A stretch of 64,000 nt of DNA. Source: Octopus vulgaris (lineage: Eukaryota). Shown here piece after piece: positions 24,608 to 39,001 of the stretch. Position numbers and translations under genes: made by a program. Every line of letters starts with the position of its first letter. The first letter of the stretch is position 1. Location of the stretch: contig OX597816.1 in the NCBI GenBank assembly GCA_951406725.2, positions 53,568,001 through 53,632,000 on the forward strand, written 5' to 3'. The notes beneath the pieces are model-generated. The model worked only from the letters and a program-made list of their open reading frames with translations, ran no database searches and was not told the DNA's origin.

Positions 24608-25419
24608 CATACATACATACATACATACATACATACATACATACATACATACATACATACATACATACATACATACATGCATACATGCATGTATCTATCT
24701 ATCCATCCATCCATCCATCGTCACCATTTTGCATCAATTTTCCATGTTAACTTGGCTTGGACAGGTCATTGGGAGCTACACCTCTTATAAGCTAATCTGT
24801 GTATGTTTGTGTGTGTGTGTGTGTACATCAGTGGTGGTAGGAGGGAGGGGTAAAGCTTCCAAATAACAAAGGTATTGAACAGCCAGCACATGTAGTAAAA
24901 TAGATACTGGATAACCATCACTTGAGCTGATATATGGTTCAGGAAGAAATTTTTATGAGTATTAGAGCTGTAAAGCTAATTCTAAGTGCTTGCTTCAGCT
25001 AAGGTAGCTAGCTGACTGTAATTAGTTCAGATATTCCCAAAGTTCTACTTTTTATTTTTATCTATTTTTTTTTTCTTCCTCGTGTTCTCATATAATATAA
25101 ATACAGAATCTTCTCACATATGTAACACAGTCAGTTGAAGATCTTCAATCATCTGAAATTATCTATGCAATTAGTTGGCAAAAAATTCTCTCTGAGAATG
25201 TTTCAAATCTAAAAACAACAACAGGATAACCACATTAAGATCAGATGACTGAAATTTATTTTTGGACAATAAAGACAATATTTAATATATAATGTTATGG
25301 TGTAGCACATTATGTGGCTGGTTGGCCTGTTAGAAATAGCAACCAAATCTCCCTTGAATTACACTTATCTTAGGAAAGGAAAGACAGATTGAATTATGTA
25401 TTGTAACAACAACAACAAC

Positions 25420-25922
<503 letters not shown>

Positions 25923-26499
25923 CAAATTCCTCTGTGAAATAAATTATTCAGATTCATCCAACAGAATTTTATGTCCATATTTTAACCATAATTGTTAACT
26001 ATAATTGCATCTATGTTTTAAATATTATTGTATTTTGTTTTTGCATTTAATTTGTAAGGTACTTCATGTGAAATTGTACACTGAAACAGATGTCACTGTA
26101 TCTTGAGACTGTCATTTTGTCCAAGACCTGAATAGAGTGGTCCTATTTCACTTTTTATTATTATCAACTAATTAACAAATTAACTTATTAATTAATCAGT
26201 TGTTTGACCAACCATTTGAGAAATCAATCAATGAGTTGGTTTATTTGAGTTCTTTCATCTCATCAATCAGGGCTTCACCAATAGCCTGCCTTCATTGCAC
26301 CAGATCTATTACAATGTATTCAAACTGTAGTTCACCATAATAGACTCAGATCAACAAAGGTATTTCATTGATGAGATCACATATGGTAAAGGAATGTTTG
26401 ATTGATCAAATTATTTGTGAAATAATCAATTAGTTAATTGGTTAAATTGGGCAGCCATTTGGCTAGTAATAATAATTGTCCTTTCTACTATAGGCACAG

Positions 26500-26752
26500 T
26501 GGAGGCGCGTGACTTAGTGGTTAAGGTGTCAGCATCATGATCATGAGATTGTGGTTTCGATTCCTGAACTGGGCAACACATTGTGTTCTTGAGCAAAACA
26601 TTTCATTTCACGTCGCTCCAGTCCACTCAGCAGGCAAAAATGAGTAACGCTGAGATGGACTGGCATCCTGCCCAGCTGGGAAATACATATGCCATAGAAA
26701 CCAAGAAGCCAGGCCCATGAGCCTGGCTAGGCTTTAAAAGAGCGCATTTATT
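26500..26752 (+). mobile_element. SINE family C
   Basis: GGAGGCGCGTGACTTAGTGGTTAAGG...TTCGATTCC head. Confidence 0.85.
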
Positions 26753-26756
26753 TTGT

Positions 26757-27060
26757 GGAGGCACAATGGCCCAGTGGTTAGGGCAGCGGACTCGCAGTCG
26801 GAGGATCTTGGTTTTGATTCCCAGACTTGACGTTGTGTGTGTTTATTGAGTGAAAACACCTAAAAGCTCCACAAAGCTCCAGCAGGAGGTAGTGGCGACC
26901 CCTGTTGTACTCTTTCATCACAACTTTCTCTCACTCTCACTTTCTGTTTCTTGAGTAACACTGATGGACTGGCGTCCTGTCCAGCTGTGGGGAACACATA
27001 TGCCACAGAAACTGGGAAACCGGGCCCATGAGCATGGCTAGGCTTGAAAAGAGTGATGTT
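26757..27060 (+). mobile_element. SINE family D head with a family C-type 3' end
   Basis: GGAGGCACAATGGCCCAGTGGTTAGG head. The tail gatggactggcgtcctgtccagctg...gcccatgagc is as in family C. Confidence 0.75.
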
Positions 27061-27609
27061 TATCATTACTATAGGCACAAGGCCTGAAAGTTTGAAGTAG
27101 AGAGCAGGTCAATTACTTCAATCTCAGTGTTTAACTGGTACTTATAACATCGATCTTGAAAGGATGAAAAGCAAAGTCAACTTAGATTGAATTTGAACTT
27201 GGAACATAAAGTCAAATGAAAAGCTGCTAAGCATTTTGTTAAGAATGTTACCATTTCTGCCAACATGCCACCCTTAATAAGGATAATAGCCATTCCTAGT
27301 ATAGGTACATGGCCTGAAATTTTGGAGGAGGAGGCTAGTTGATTACATTGACCTCAGCACTCAAATGGTTCTTATTTTATTGATCCTAAAAGGATGAAAG
27401 CAAAGCTGATCTGAGCAGAATTTGAACCCAGAACATAAATTCAGATGAAAAGTTGCTAACCATTTTGTCCAATATGCTAACGGTTCTGCTAACTCAATGC
27501 CTTAACTTATGTTAACAATGATGAAAAGAAATTAAATTAAATCTAGTACATGTGTTTTCATTGCTAAAATGACCCTCCCAAAATGTATCTATTAAATATC
27601 ATTTTGTCA

Positions 27610-27900
27610 TAATTTTCTCTTTCAATATTTGTCTGAGTGCAAGGTCTTTTGGGTGCTTGGATAGGATGCGGATGTCAAGTTGACCCAAGTTGCCTCCATG
27701 GTGGGCTTTGGTCTGTTGGTAGAGTATGGAGGACTGTTTTTTTGTCATCATATTGTCTCAAATGGTCATTTAGTCATTCCACAATGCTGCTAGATGTTTC
27801 CCCTATGTATATCATGTTCATGTCTTTACAAGCACCTTCTATGCATCTTATACTGTATACTACATTTTGAGTTCTGCTATATATCATTTCAATCACGCAT
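27610..27900 (-). pseudogene. GIY-YIG endonuclease fragment of a Penelope-like element
   Basis: NVVYSIRC...C...IYIGETSSSIVE*LNDH, then in a shifted frame DIRILSKHPKDLALRQIL. Confidence 0.75.
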
Positions 27901-28244
27901 GCACTAACCTGTTTAAAATATTTCTGATACATATTCATAGAAGTACAGTGAACCTGTTTCATATCATATTTTAATTAGAGTTTTTCTTATATTTTATTTT
28001 ATAGTATACTATTATAGAGTAGTATAATAATATAATTATTACATTTTTATATATTATTAAATATTTTTTTCCAAAAGCTTTAGTTTTCTTTCATTTTCTT
28101 ACAGCAAGCCAGATAAGAAGTAGGCTACATGAGACGTGAACCATAATCAAATGGGCTGGACTGCTAAAAATTTTCAAGGTAATTTTTCATTAGGCATGTC
28201 ATTCAGAAAGTTCCATGGGCCACAGTTTGCCCATTAATACAGAT

Positions 28245-28638
28245 TACTCTTTTACTCTTTTATTTGTTTCAGTCATTTGACTGCGGCCATGCTGGAGCAC
28301 CAGCTTTAGTCATGCAAATTGACCCCAGGACTTATTCTTTGTAAGCCTAGTACTTATTCTATCGGTCTCTTTTGCCGGACCACTAAGTTACGGGGACGTA
28401 AACACACCAGCATCACTTGTCAAGCGATGTTGGGGGAACAAACACAGACACACAAACATATACGCACTCACATATATATATATATACGATGGGCTTCTTT
28501 TAGTTTCCATCTACAAAATCCACTCACAAAGCTTTAGTCAACCCGAGGCTATAGTAGAAGACACTTGCCCAAGGTGTCACACAGTGGGACTGAACCCAGA
28601 ACCATATGGTTGGTAAGCAAGCTACTTAGCACACAGTC
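28245..28638 (-). mobile_element. SINE family A
   Basis: Family match. Confidence 0.9.
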
Positions 28639-28816
28639 AGAACTTTCACTGCTAGTTGTTGTTGTTAGTTAGCCTCATGTCAGACATGATCTAGAAAGCC
28701 TATGATCAAAATCATTCCAACAATGACCATTCCATCTTTTGTTCAGGTTTGTTATATTGCAGCTAGAACTACATGTCTAGTAAGTTAAGGAACCACATAG
28801 AGATTTATCGACTCAC

Positions 28817-29240
28817 TCATCATCATCATCATCGTTTAACGTCCGCTTTCCATGCTAGCATGGGTTGGACGGTTCACCTGGGGTCTTGGAAGCCAGAAGG
28901 CTGCACCAGGCCCAGTCTGATCTGGCAGTGTTTCTACAGCTGGATGCCCTTCCTAACGCCAACCACTCCGTGAGTGTAGTGGGTGCTTTTTATGTGCCAC
29001 CGGCACAGGTGCCAGACGAGGCTGGCAAATGGTCATGATCGGATGGTGCTTTTAACGTGTCACCGGCACGGAGTCCAGATGAGGCTGGCAACGGCTACAA
29101 TCGGATGGTGCTTTTTACGTGCCACCGGCATGGAGGCCAGTGGGGGTGGTGCTGGCAACGGCCACGTTCAGATGGTTCTCTTATGTGTCACCAGCACTGG
29201 TATCACAGCTACAATTTCCATTGATGTTGATCGATTTTGA
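28817..29240 (-). mobile_element. RTE LINE 3' end
   Basis: (CAT)n tail and about 60-bp UTR repeats. Confidence 0.8.
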
Positions 29241-29477
29241 TTTTTTCACTATGAAATAAAATGAAATGTACAGACTAATAGTTGTTGTAGACAGGTGGAG
29301 TGATGGTGAGAGGATTAAAATGTGCAGTGGCCACAGGAGTGTTGCATGCACAAACACAAAATCAAACAAACCAACAAGGGAGCCTTTATGCAGTCATTCA
29401 TACTACTAGAAATAACAACAAAATTCTCTCATATATCTAACTGTCTCCAAAGAATATTATAATGCTAGATATATATA

Positions 29478-29702
29478 TATTTCTTTACTACCCACAAGGG
29501 GCTAAACACAGAGGGGACAAACAAGGACAGTCAAACGGATTAAGTCGATTATATCGACCCCAGTGTGTAACTGGTACTTAATTTATCGACCCCGAAAGGA
29601 TGAAAGGCAAAGTCAACCTAAGCGGAATTTGAACTCAGAACGTAACGGCAGACGCTAAGCATTTCACCCGACGTGCTAACATTTCTGCCAGCTCACCACC
29701 TT
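29478..29702 (-). mobile_element. SINE family B
   Basis: Family match; possible TSD tagatatata. Confidence 0.9.
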
Positions 29703-31575
29703 AGATATATAGAAACAAGATGAGACGGTCATGGCTGGAATGCTTCTGATTATGAGTCTGTTTCATCAGGGCTGACCAAAGGCTAAACAACAATACATTG
29801 GCATGAGCAGGGAAAGTAATAATATCAATGTACGATTTGACATAAAAGTTGATCAGATGTAAGACTTGTACAACTATTTCTCTGGTTGTTGCTTAGCCCC
29901 AAACGAGGACCAATTGAGCAGAAGTATGATTACGAGCTTTCTAGTCATGCATGACCTTCCCAACTTTTGAATATCTAGAATAAATGACTGGTATGTCGGT
30001 TTGTTTTTTTAAGATGGCAAGCAGTAATTTGAGGGAGATTTTGTTGCTATTTCTCGTAAATTAAGAAGATAATGAGTAGAGGGGATAATAGAACAAAAAA
30101 GTGTAAGAGATCAATGGCCAAAGTGTTAGAGGGAAGAGTAGGAAGATTGACAGTGATGAGTTAGACTAGACAGATACTAATTCTTATTCATTGGTTAGAG
30201 CAAAAATAGTAGAGCAAGAAGCTAATTGCTTTGAGATATTTAGTTATTATCCTTTATGTTCTGAGTTTAAATCCTGCTGAGGTTGACTTTGTCTTTCATC
30301 TTTCCCGAATCAATAAAATAAATATCAATTAAGGACTTGAGTTGCTAACCCTAACTCTCCTCTTTCTAACTCTGTGGGGCTTTTGTTGGTTTTTGTTTTT
30401 TTTTTGGGGGGGGCGGTCCTCAATGTTAGAAGCTATTATTATTTCTCTTGCAATGTTTTGATTTCAAATCCTACTGAGATCAACTTTGCCTTTCACTTTT
30501 CTGGGGTTCATGAAATAATGTATCAATTCAGTTTAGTTCTAGGGCCAATTAAATCAACTAACCTTTACTCGTTAATTTGTGCCCTTTTGCCTATGTTAGA
30601 AAACATGATTATTTCTCTGGATTTTCTATTGTTTCTAGATATTTCTAGTTCTTGTTATATCTCTCAGCTTCCAACCTATGTACTAAAAACTTCTAAAATG
30701 CAAAATGCCAATGTAACTATGCCTTATTCTAAGAAAACCAATCATCAAATTGCTGCAGAGAAGTATTTTTATGATTTTATGAATTTTTTTTTCGGTTAAT
30801 CCAAACTAACTATTCAAAAATATTCAAAAACAAAGATCTTTGGAAGAAAAAAAAGGAAAACATTATTGGTTATCTTAATATAATTTTAGAGAATAGTTCA
30901 GTGAAAAGCCAGTATCTTCCATTTAATACTGTAGATCAATGTACATACTAGACATAATATGTATAATGATTATAATCATCTAATGGTTTATAAAGGCCAT
31001 GCAATATCAACAATGTTACGTTGTGAAAAAGTAGACTTACTACAATGGACTTGAAATTAATGGAATTTGTTTAGAATAGAAGAGTTATGGCACTATTTTG
31101 GACGATAATGCATTGTTAAGTGTGAATAAGATACTGAAGTACACTTAATAAATTGCAAGACTAAAGTGCATCTAATAACACATCAAAGTGCACTTTATAA
31201 TGATGATATGTGAATAATGAGGCTTCTTCTGAAGTTCACTATAGAAAGTAGATATGTGCTACTAATAAGAAAATAATAGAATATGATTTACAATGGTTTA
31301 GCATATTCAGAAGGAAAATATAGAAAATATGAATTAAAATAAATAACAAATACATAGAAGGTTCTGGAATTACTTTACAGCATCTAGTTTAACCCTTTTG
31401 AAGCCAATTCTCTCAAAACTGCACTTGGTTTTGCATACACACTTTCTTTTAAAATAATCTAAATTAAAATTTTTCCGCTAAATTTATTGATAATTTGAGC
31501 TCCATGTACCAGTTTGATAAGAACAAAGTTAGTTTACGAAATTTTTCGTGATTTTGAAAAATTAATTCAAACATA

Positions 31576-32089
31576 GGTGCAGGACTGGCTGTGTGGTAAG
31601 TAGCTTGCTTACCAACCACATGGTTTTGGGTTCAATCCCACTGCATGGCACCTTGGGCAAGTGCCTTCTACTATAGCCTCAGGAAACTGAAAGAAGCCCG
31701 TCATATATATATATATATATATATATGACGGGCTTCTTTCAGTTTCCTGAGGCTATAGTAGAAGGCACTTGCCCAAGGTGCCATGCAGTGGGATTGAACC
31801 CAAAACCATGTGGTTGGTAAGCAAGTTACTTACCACACATATATATATATATGTGTGTATGTATGTGTGTGTGTATGTTTGTGTGTCTGTGTTTGTCCCT
31901 CCAACATCGCTTGACAACTGATGCTGGTGTCTTTACGTCCCTGTAACTTAGCGGTTCGGCAAAAGAGACTGATAGAATAAGTACTAGGCTTACAAAGAAT
32001 AAGTCCCGGGATCGATTTGCTCGACTAAAGGCGGTGCTCCAGCATGGCCGCAATCAAAATGACTGAAACAAGTAAAAGAGTAAAAGAGC
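31576..32089 (+). mobile_element. SINE A carrying an internal fold-back inverted duplication (31590-31839)
   Basis: The head is copied in reverse across the (TA)n tract, then the normal 3' half resumes. Confidence 0.9.
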
Positions 32090-32877
32090 ATAGGCAATGT
32101 ATTTCAATAGCAATATCATAATCAAAAGGTTAATAGTAAATATATTTGTCATTTCTTTAAACTTTATCCCCCTGTCTGTTTCCCAATCACATGGTTTCAA
32201 ATTCAATCCCATTGCATTGCAGGCACCTTGGGTGGATTTGGTAAATGGAAACTGAAAGAAGCCTATCATTTATGTGTATGTGTTTCAGTATATGTATAAG
32301 TGTATTATTGCTTCCCTACCTTGATTTTGCATGATAGTTGTGAATGAGTGTCACTATCATTCAAGCTGTATCCTTCATTTCTTATCTTCTGTAAGAACAT
32401 GTCTGGTCATGAGAAAATACTACATCACTCAGAAACAGGTGATGATAAGTGACAGGAGAGGCATCCAACCATAAAAGTTTTTTCCTCAACAAATTGCATT
32501 TAATCCATGCCTGCATGGAATTTTGGATATTAAATGATGATCACTTGGCCTTTGTGTTTAGCATAAATCCATTCTGTTGCTAGCATTCAGGTTAGCACTC
32601 TGTTCTAAGAGCAACTTCCTTGCTCCTACCAATTTTAGAATCTCTTAAAAGAATTATGAGTGCTCCTCTTTCTCTAAACCATTAAAAATAAATAGGTATA
32701 AATGAAAATTTGTGACTTCTTCACCTCAATCAGTGGTTCTTAAACTGAGGTGGTAGTACCCAATCAGAGGTGTTATAAGCTCATGAAGGGGCCAGCAAAT
32801 GTCGAAGGGGATTGGGGTCTTATGAGCAAAGAGTGCTAGACGTTTAGAGTAGTTGTGATTTTTCTTAGAAAAAACTA

Positions 32878-33442
32878 TTGAGTTGTCCAGAAAGTTCATG
32901 CCGCTTTATAGTAGCTTACCTTTCAACTTATTTTAGAACATGGTTGAGTCTATAAAATAGGATTTGGCTACACCTCCATTTAGAACACAGTTAAAGCTAT
33001 CTTTTCGTGGAAGAAGATTTATGTTCCCAAAACCTGTGTTAATTCTGTAACCCTTTAAAATGGAAGATAAAAAAGTTCATTTCGGCACTTGATGCTTTGG
33101 GAACCAGACAAAAATTGCTGCAGCTCGGCTGGGATGTGTTACCCCACCCTCCATATTCACCAGATATTGCTCCTTTGGATTTCCACTTATTCAGGTCTCT
33201 GCAGAATAGTCTTAATGGTAAAAATTTCAATTCCTTGGATGACATAAAAAGATATCTTGATGAATTCTTTGTCATGAAACCACCTCAATTCTGGGAAGAG
33301 GGTATTTTCAAGTTAAAGGAAAGATGGAGACACATTGTGCAACATAATGGTTCATATTTGGTTGATTAAAAATGTAATGGCAAGTATTTATTGACCTTTT
33401 ACTTTCCTTTAAAAATCGGCACAAACTTTCCAGACAACCCAA
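32878..33442 (+). mobile_element. Mariner DNA transposon, internally deleted
   Basis: TA TSDs; TIRs TTGAGTTGTCCAGAAAGTT and AACTTTCCAGACAACCCAA. Transposase N-terminus MEDKKVHF is joined to the C-terminus LGWDVLPHPPYSPDIAPLDFHLF (33097-33369). Confidence 0.95.
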
Positions 33443-35219
33443 TATTTAAATCATATTTTCAGAAAGATCTTTGTTAGGGTTAGAATATAAGTGATACATT
33501 ATATAATCAATGAATAGAAACATGACTGATGATGTGCCAAGGCCCAGTATTATTTCATTATTTAAGTTCACAGTTTCTTTAGTAATTTTCATAAAAATTT
33601 AACACAGATATCTAAACACTTAATCCACACAAATATCTAGAAGGAGGCACACACTGGATGGGATGGTATTTGAACATTTAAATCTGGATAATAAACCACT
33701 GCACAAAATTAATTTTTGTTTAATTAAAGTAATCTGGCTCTTTTTCTTTTCTTTTTTTTCTAAAAAAAATATGCTAGGTGAAAATAAATGGTTCAGAACT
33801 ACTGAAATAAATGAAAACTGGTAATTTTCCTGCTAAAGAAAAATTATACACATTTCCTTTATTTCCAAATAAAGTAATTAAATTCTGACACAGTTGTTTG
33901 AATGAAGTGATTTCTATATTTTTAGATTTAGGTTAGCTCTTATAGACAACACTTCCAACTACTTTAACTAGAAACTCTCCCATTCATTAAACGTATGTTA
34001 ACAGTTAATCCTTTTGTAGACTACAATAGTTAGTGAGTCAGGTATTTAATAACTCTGGTTTCCATAGCATTAAGCAGATAAGACAAATCTCATTTAGAAG
34101 GATGCTCACTTGCCTATTGTAAGTTAACTTTACAAGTGCACTGTTATCTATTTTTCAGTTACCTAAATGGAAACATGCAAAGTTAAGTGGCTTGCTGAAG
34201 AACAAATTTTAATATTTTTAGCAATGCCCCCGCATACACACACAAATGCACAAAATAATAATGACTAGAGTTTCACAATCCTTGCACTAAGAACTGCTTG
34301 TACAAATTAGTCAAGGAACACTTAATCCAAATACAGCCCACAAATTGATCTAGAAAAACATTACATGATTTATTGAAACTGCCACATTTTATTCACTTTG
34401 TAAGTAATCAAGGCAGCAAATCGACAGAGATTTTAATGTTGAATAGATTGTGTCATGTTCCAACTCTCTGCATATCCTACCGAGGCTAACTTTGCCTTTC
34501 AGCAAATAATAAAAAGGTACCAATCCAGGATGATAAGTAGAACTGTAAGAGGGCCTAGTGAAATGCCTTGCAATATTTGTTCTAGCTCTTTGAGTTCTGA
34601 TAGCAATGTCTGAAACACTAATGCCATTCTGTATTGACCTTATAGTGGAAGCATGATTGCTCTTGAACTTTAGCTACCCACATTGTGACTTTTTACTTTT
34701 AACTACCCATTTTGGTTCACCACATGTTGGTTAGATCTATTTAGTTTTATTTGGACTTTCCACCCATTTAACATGATGGACTAGCCTAGTGTCTGTTCAT
34801 CAGTTATAAAATTGGAAATTTTGGCTCATTAAGTCCCCAAGGCGGAGAGTTTTGCTACCAAGCAGCCTGGGACCTTGGTGTGAGAACAGTTTGATTTCAC
34901 TTTGCAGTTTTCAGCTTGAACAGAATTCAAACCAACCATTGAAAAATCTGCCACAGCAAATTCCATCCAACCCATGGAAAAGTGGACATTAAATGATGAT
35001 GATGTGTGTGTACACATAAGTGGATTCAAATATATCTTTATTTTATATTTATATTCCATGTGCCATTCTACTGTTGTTACATTGTGTCTTTGGTAAAGAC
35101 AATTCCACATGACTCAGCAGTTCAAATCACTGTCTACATTTAACACCAATATAAATCTATGACAGTATTTAGTTTTAACCCTTCAACTTTTTGTTTAAAT
35201 CATATTGGAGTTGGCTTAA

Positions 35220-35440
35220 CCCTTTCGTTACCAGCCAGGCTAAAGCCAGCTCTGGTTTTGAGTACAATTGTCATGTTTTTGTAAGTTTTGAATTAAAATC
35301 TTCCACCAAAACCTTAGTCACAATTTATGTTCCTAACACTAGCTTAACGATAACTAAGTTATTTTACTAAATTCTCTGTTATATTTAAAGTAATTGAAAG
35401 AAACACAGAGCATCTCAAAATAAATATAGTAACGAAAGGG
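35220..35440. mobile_element. piggyBac-type MITE family 1, intact
   Basis: TTAA-CCCTTTCGTTAC ... GTAACGAAAGGG-TTAA. Confidence 0.9.
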
Positions 35441-35979
35441 TTAATCTTTCATTTTTCCAGAGTCAATAAAACCAGTACCAGTCATATATTAAAGTCAAAT
35501 CAGTTTAATAAATATCAAATTTCCCCTGTAAATTAAGGACCCCATAGCCATTTGATTAATGAATATTTATTTTATTGTAGCATCAGAAAAAGATTATAGA
35601 AAGATAAAGCAAAAAATAAAAAATCGAACAAAAAAAAACAATAATTAAATACATTAACTTTTTATTATCAACCTGTCAGAGACTGCCCATGGTTCTATGA
35701 TACAAGCTTTGTGTTTTAAAGAGATCTAAATTAATAACTTCAATCAAAATTTCATGCTAATTATGTCCCAAACACCAGCTTCTTGACAATGAAGTTGTTT
35801 TATAAAATTCTCCATTATTTTAAAAATTAATTGAAATGCTGGTATAGGCATGGCTGCTTGGTTAAAATGTCCCCTTCTTAATCTTGCCCAAGGGGTCATT
35901 GAGCTGCACTTTGGACAAGTGTCTTCAATGATAGCTTCAGACCAACGAACGCCTTTCCAGTTGATTTGGTGGACTAAAA

Positions 35980-36297
35980 CTCATCATCATCATCATCATC
36001 ATCGTTTAACATCCGTTTTCCATGCTAGCATGGGTTGGACAAATGACTGAGGGCTGGCGAACCAGATGGCTGCATCAGGCTTCAATCTTGATCTGGCAGA
36101 GTTTCTACAACTGGATGCCCTTCCTAACGCCAACCACTCCGAGAGTGTAGTGGGTGCTTTTACGTGCCATAGGTACGGGGCCAGTCAGGCAGTACTGGCA
36201 ACAACCTTGCTTGAATCTTTTACACATGCCACTGGCACAGGTGCCAGTAAGGCGATGCTGGTAACGATCATGCTCAAATGGTGTCTTCTACATGCCG
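35980..36297 (-). mobile_element. RTE LINE 3' end
   Basis: (CAT)n-CGTTTAAC...GGATGCCCTTCCTAACGCCAACC. Confidence 0.8.
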
Positions 36298-36356
36298 AAA
36301 TCCTGTGTGTGTGTGTGTGTGTGTTTGTGTGTGTCTGTGTGTGTGTGTTTGTGTTT

Positions 36357-36389
<33 letters not shown>

Positions 36390-37032
36390 CAGGGAACATG
36401 TATGGCTTAGTAGTTAGGGTATTCAGCTCATGATTATAAGGTCGTGAGTTCAATTGTTCATTTCCTGGTGGAACATTGTATCCTTGAGCAAGACACTTTA
36501 TTTCAAGCTGCTCCAGTCCACTCACCTAACAAAAGTGAGTTGTACCTGTATTTCAAAGATCCAGCCTTGTCACATTCTCTGTCAAGATGAATCAGCTTGA
36601 GAACTGTGGAGTACTCAGCCAGTTGTACCTTAAATTCATATGCAGGCTGTTCTATCATGTGATCCTTTCCCTTCATGTTGACATCTTGCACTTATTGTAA
36701 ACAACTGCCACCATCATAGAAAAACAGTGTTGTTCATTTGCAGTATCCTGTGAAATCATTTGCCTTGACTATTGAGCTGTTCATGTTTGAAGAATATTGC
36801 CTTGCTTAGAAACAAGAGATATGTTTCTTTATTAGCCACACAGGGCTGCACACAGACGGGACAGATTACAAAGTAGAGCTTTTCTTTTTTGGGGAGAGAA
36901 AAGAAAAACAAAAAAGGTGGGGTAGGTTTTCGATCAAAAGGGATCGTAAACGGGAAAGAAGAAAAAAAAAGGAAAAGAAAAAAAAGAAAAAAAAACAAGG
37001 GATAGAAGGGTTGGTGACAGGAAGAGCATTAG

Positions 37033-37252
37033 CCCTTTAGTGTTTAAGCCAGCTGTATCCAGCCCAAATATTCTACACATTTTATGCTCAAACTGGCCAG
37101 AACAAGCATCTCACACCTACCCTGCAATGTCATTCTAAAAATAAGCAATTACATCTTTCCTATCTTGAAGCTACAAAATAATATCAGATAATTTTTTTTA
37201 AATGTGAATAAATAAGGATTATTTTTGCCAAATTAATATGAATGCTAAAGGG
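37033..37252. mobile_element. piggyBac-type MITE family 2, intact
   Basis: TTAG-CCCTTTAG ... CTAAAGGG-TTAA. Confidence 0.8.
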
Positions 37253-37507
37253 TTAAAACTACAACAAATGGTGATGACCACAATGATAATGCTGTTGAAA
37301 TATGGTAAGAGTTAAACAGCCTTGCAACATGAAGAATATTTTATGCTATAAAAGCGAACTTTGTGAAATGCACTTTAAATATTTCACAAGATAGAGATGA
37401 AACTAGAATTATTTGGTTTTGTTTTGCTTTGGTTTTTCGGGTAGAGTGGGTTGGGGTTCTATATCTCGGAACAATATCTGCGAAAGTTTATCAATGCTTA
37501 ATCTTAC

Positions 37508-37555
37508 TTCTTGAATAACAGATAAAATTTTGTTCCTATTTTCAATGAAGAAATT
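37508..37555 (-). other. Candidate 48-nt exon (NFFIENRNKILSVIQE in phase 0)
   Basis: Acceptor ctttttatattttttctcag|, donor |gtaaga; open frame and length divisible by 3. Confidence 0.35.
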
Positions 37556-38077
37556 CTGAGAAAAAATATAAAAAGTGGTGAACTTCTTGATAACTATCAA
37601 ACAAATACCTTTGAAAATTAATATGTCTATATAAAATAAATAAATTTCTCAGTTTAAAATAAACTGAGAAATTTATACAATTATTATAAAAATGCCATTT
37701 TATCTAAGATGACTCATCTTTCACTATCTCTCACTCCCTTTCTCTCTCTTTGTTTCCCTCTAACTCACTATCCCGCTCTTATTCTAATCTTACGATCTGT
37801 TAACTTGTTAACTTCCTAAACTAATGAAAGAGCTTCCCCTACACAGTGAAGTGACCTGCTAGAAACAACTAAAAACTTCCTCAAATCTAGAAGAGAAGGT
37901 ATATAAGATAATGCAGCCTTCCATACAGTATTGCCTTTATAAAAGATAAGATGGTCACATCTGGAATGTCTTTATATGATTTCCTATGGTAGGTGTGATA
38001 TTTTTTATAATGCATGATTAAGACTTTCAGTTTGCAATCACATGGTTTCAGGTTCAGCCCCATTGCATAGCACTTTT

Positions 38078-38515
38078 GTGGCTGTGTGGTAAGTAGCTTG
38101 CTTACCAACCACATGGTTCCAGGTTCAGTCCCACAGCATGGCATCTTGGGCAAGTGTCTTCTACTATAGCCTCGGGCCAACCAAAGCCTTTTGAGTGGAT
38201 TTGGTAGACGGAAACTTGTAGAAGCCCGTCATATATATGTATATATGTGTGTGTATGTGTGTGTGTGTGTGCTTGTGTGTGTGTGTGTGTGTGTGTATGT
38301 TTGTGTGTCTGTGTTAGTCCCCCTAGCATTGCTTGACAACTGATGCTGGTGTATTTACATCCCCATCACTTAGCGGTTCAGCAAAAAAGAGACCGATAGA
38401 TTAAGTACTGGGCTTACAAAGAATAAGTCCATGGGTCGATTTGCTCAGCTAAACATGGTGCTCCAGCATGGGCGCAGTCAAATGACTGAAACAAGTAAAA
38501 GAGTAAAGAGAGTAC
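38078..38515 (+). mobile_element. SINE family A
   Basis: Family match. Confidence 0.9.
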
Positions 38516-38589
38516 TACTATAACCCCAAGCTGACCAATATCTTGTGTGTGAATTTTGTAGAAGGAAACTGAAGAAATCTACTCTCTTT

Positions 38590-39001
38590 CTCTCTTTCTC
38601 TTTTACTTGTTTCAGTCATTTGACTGCGGCCATGCTGGAGCACCACCTTTAGTCGAGCAAATCGACCCTGGGACTTATTCTTTGTAAGCCCAGTACTTAT
38701 TCTATCGGTCTCTTTTGCCGAACCGCTAAGTGACGGGGACGTAAGCACACCAGCATCGGTTGTCAAGCAATGCTAGGGAGACAAACACAAACACACAAAC
38801 ACATACACACACATACATATACATATATATACATATATGCGACAGGCTTCTTTCAGTTTCTGTCTACCAAATCCACTCACAAGGCATTGGTCGGCCCGGG
38901 GCTATAGCAGAAGACACTTGCCCAAGATGCCATGCAGTGGGACTGAACCCGGAACCATGTGGTTGGTTAGCAAGCTACTTACCACACAGCCACTCCTGCG
39001 C
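38590..39001 (-). mobile_element. SINE family A, tail-to-tail with 38078-38515
   Basis: Family match. Confidence 0.9.

Noticed and set aside
32731-32830. hAT-like terminus CAGTGGTTCTTAAAC
   Set aside because: No matching second TIR or 8-bp TSD found.
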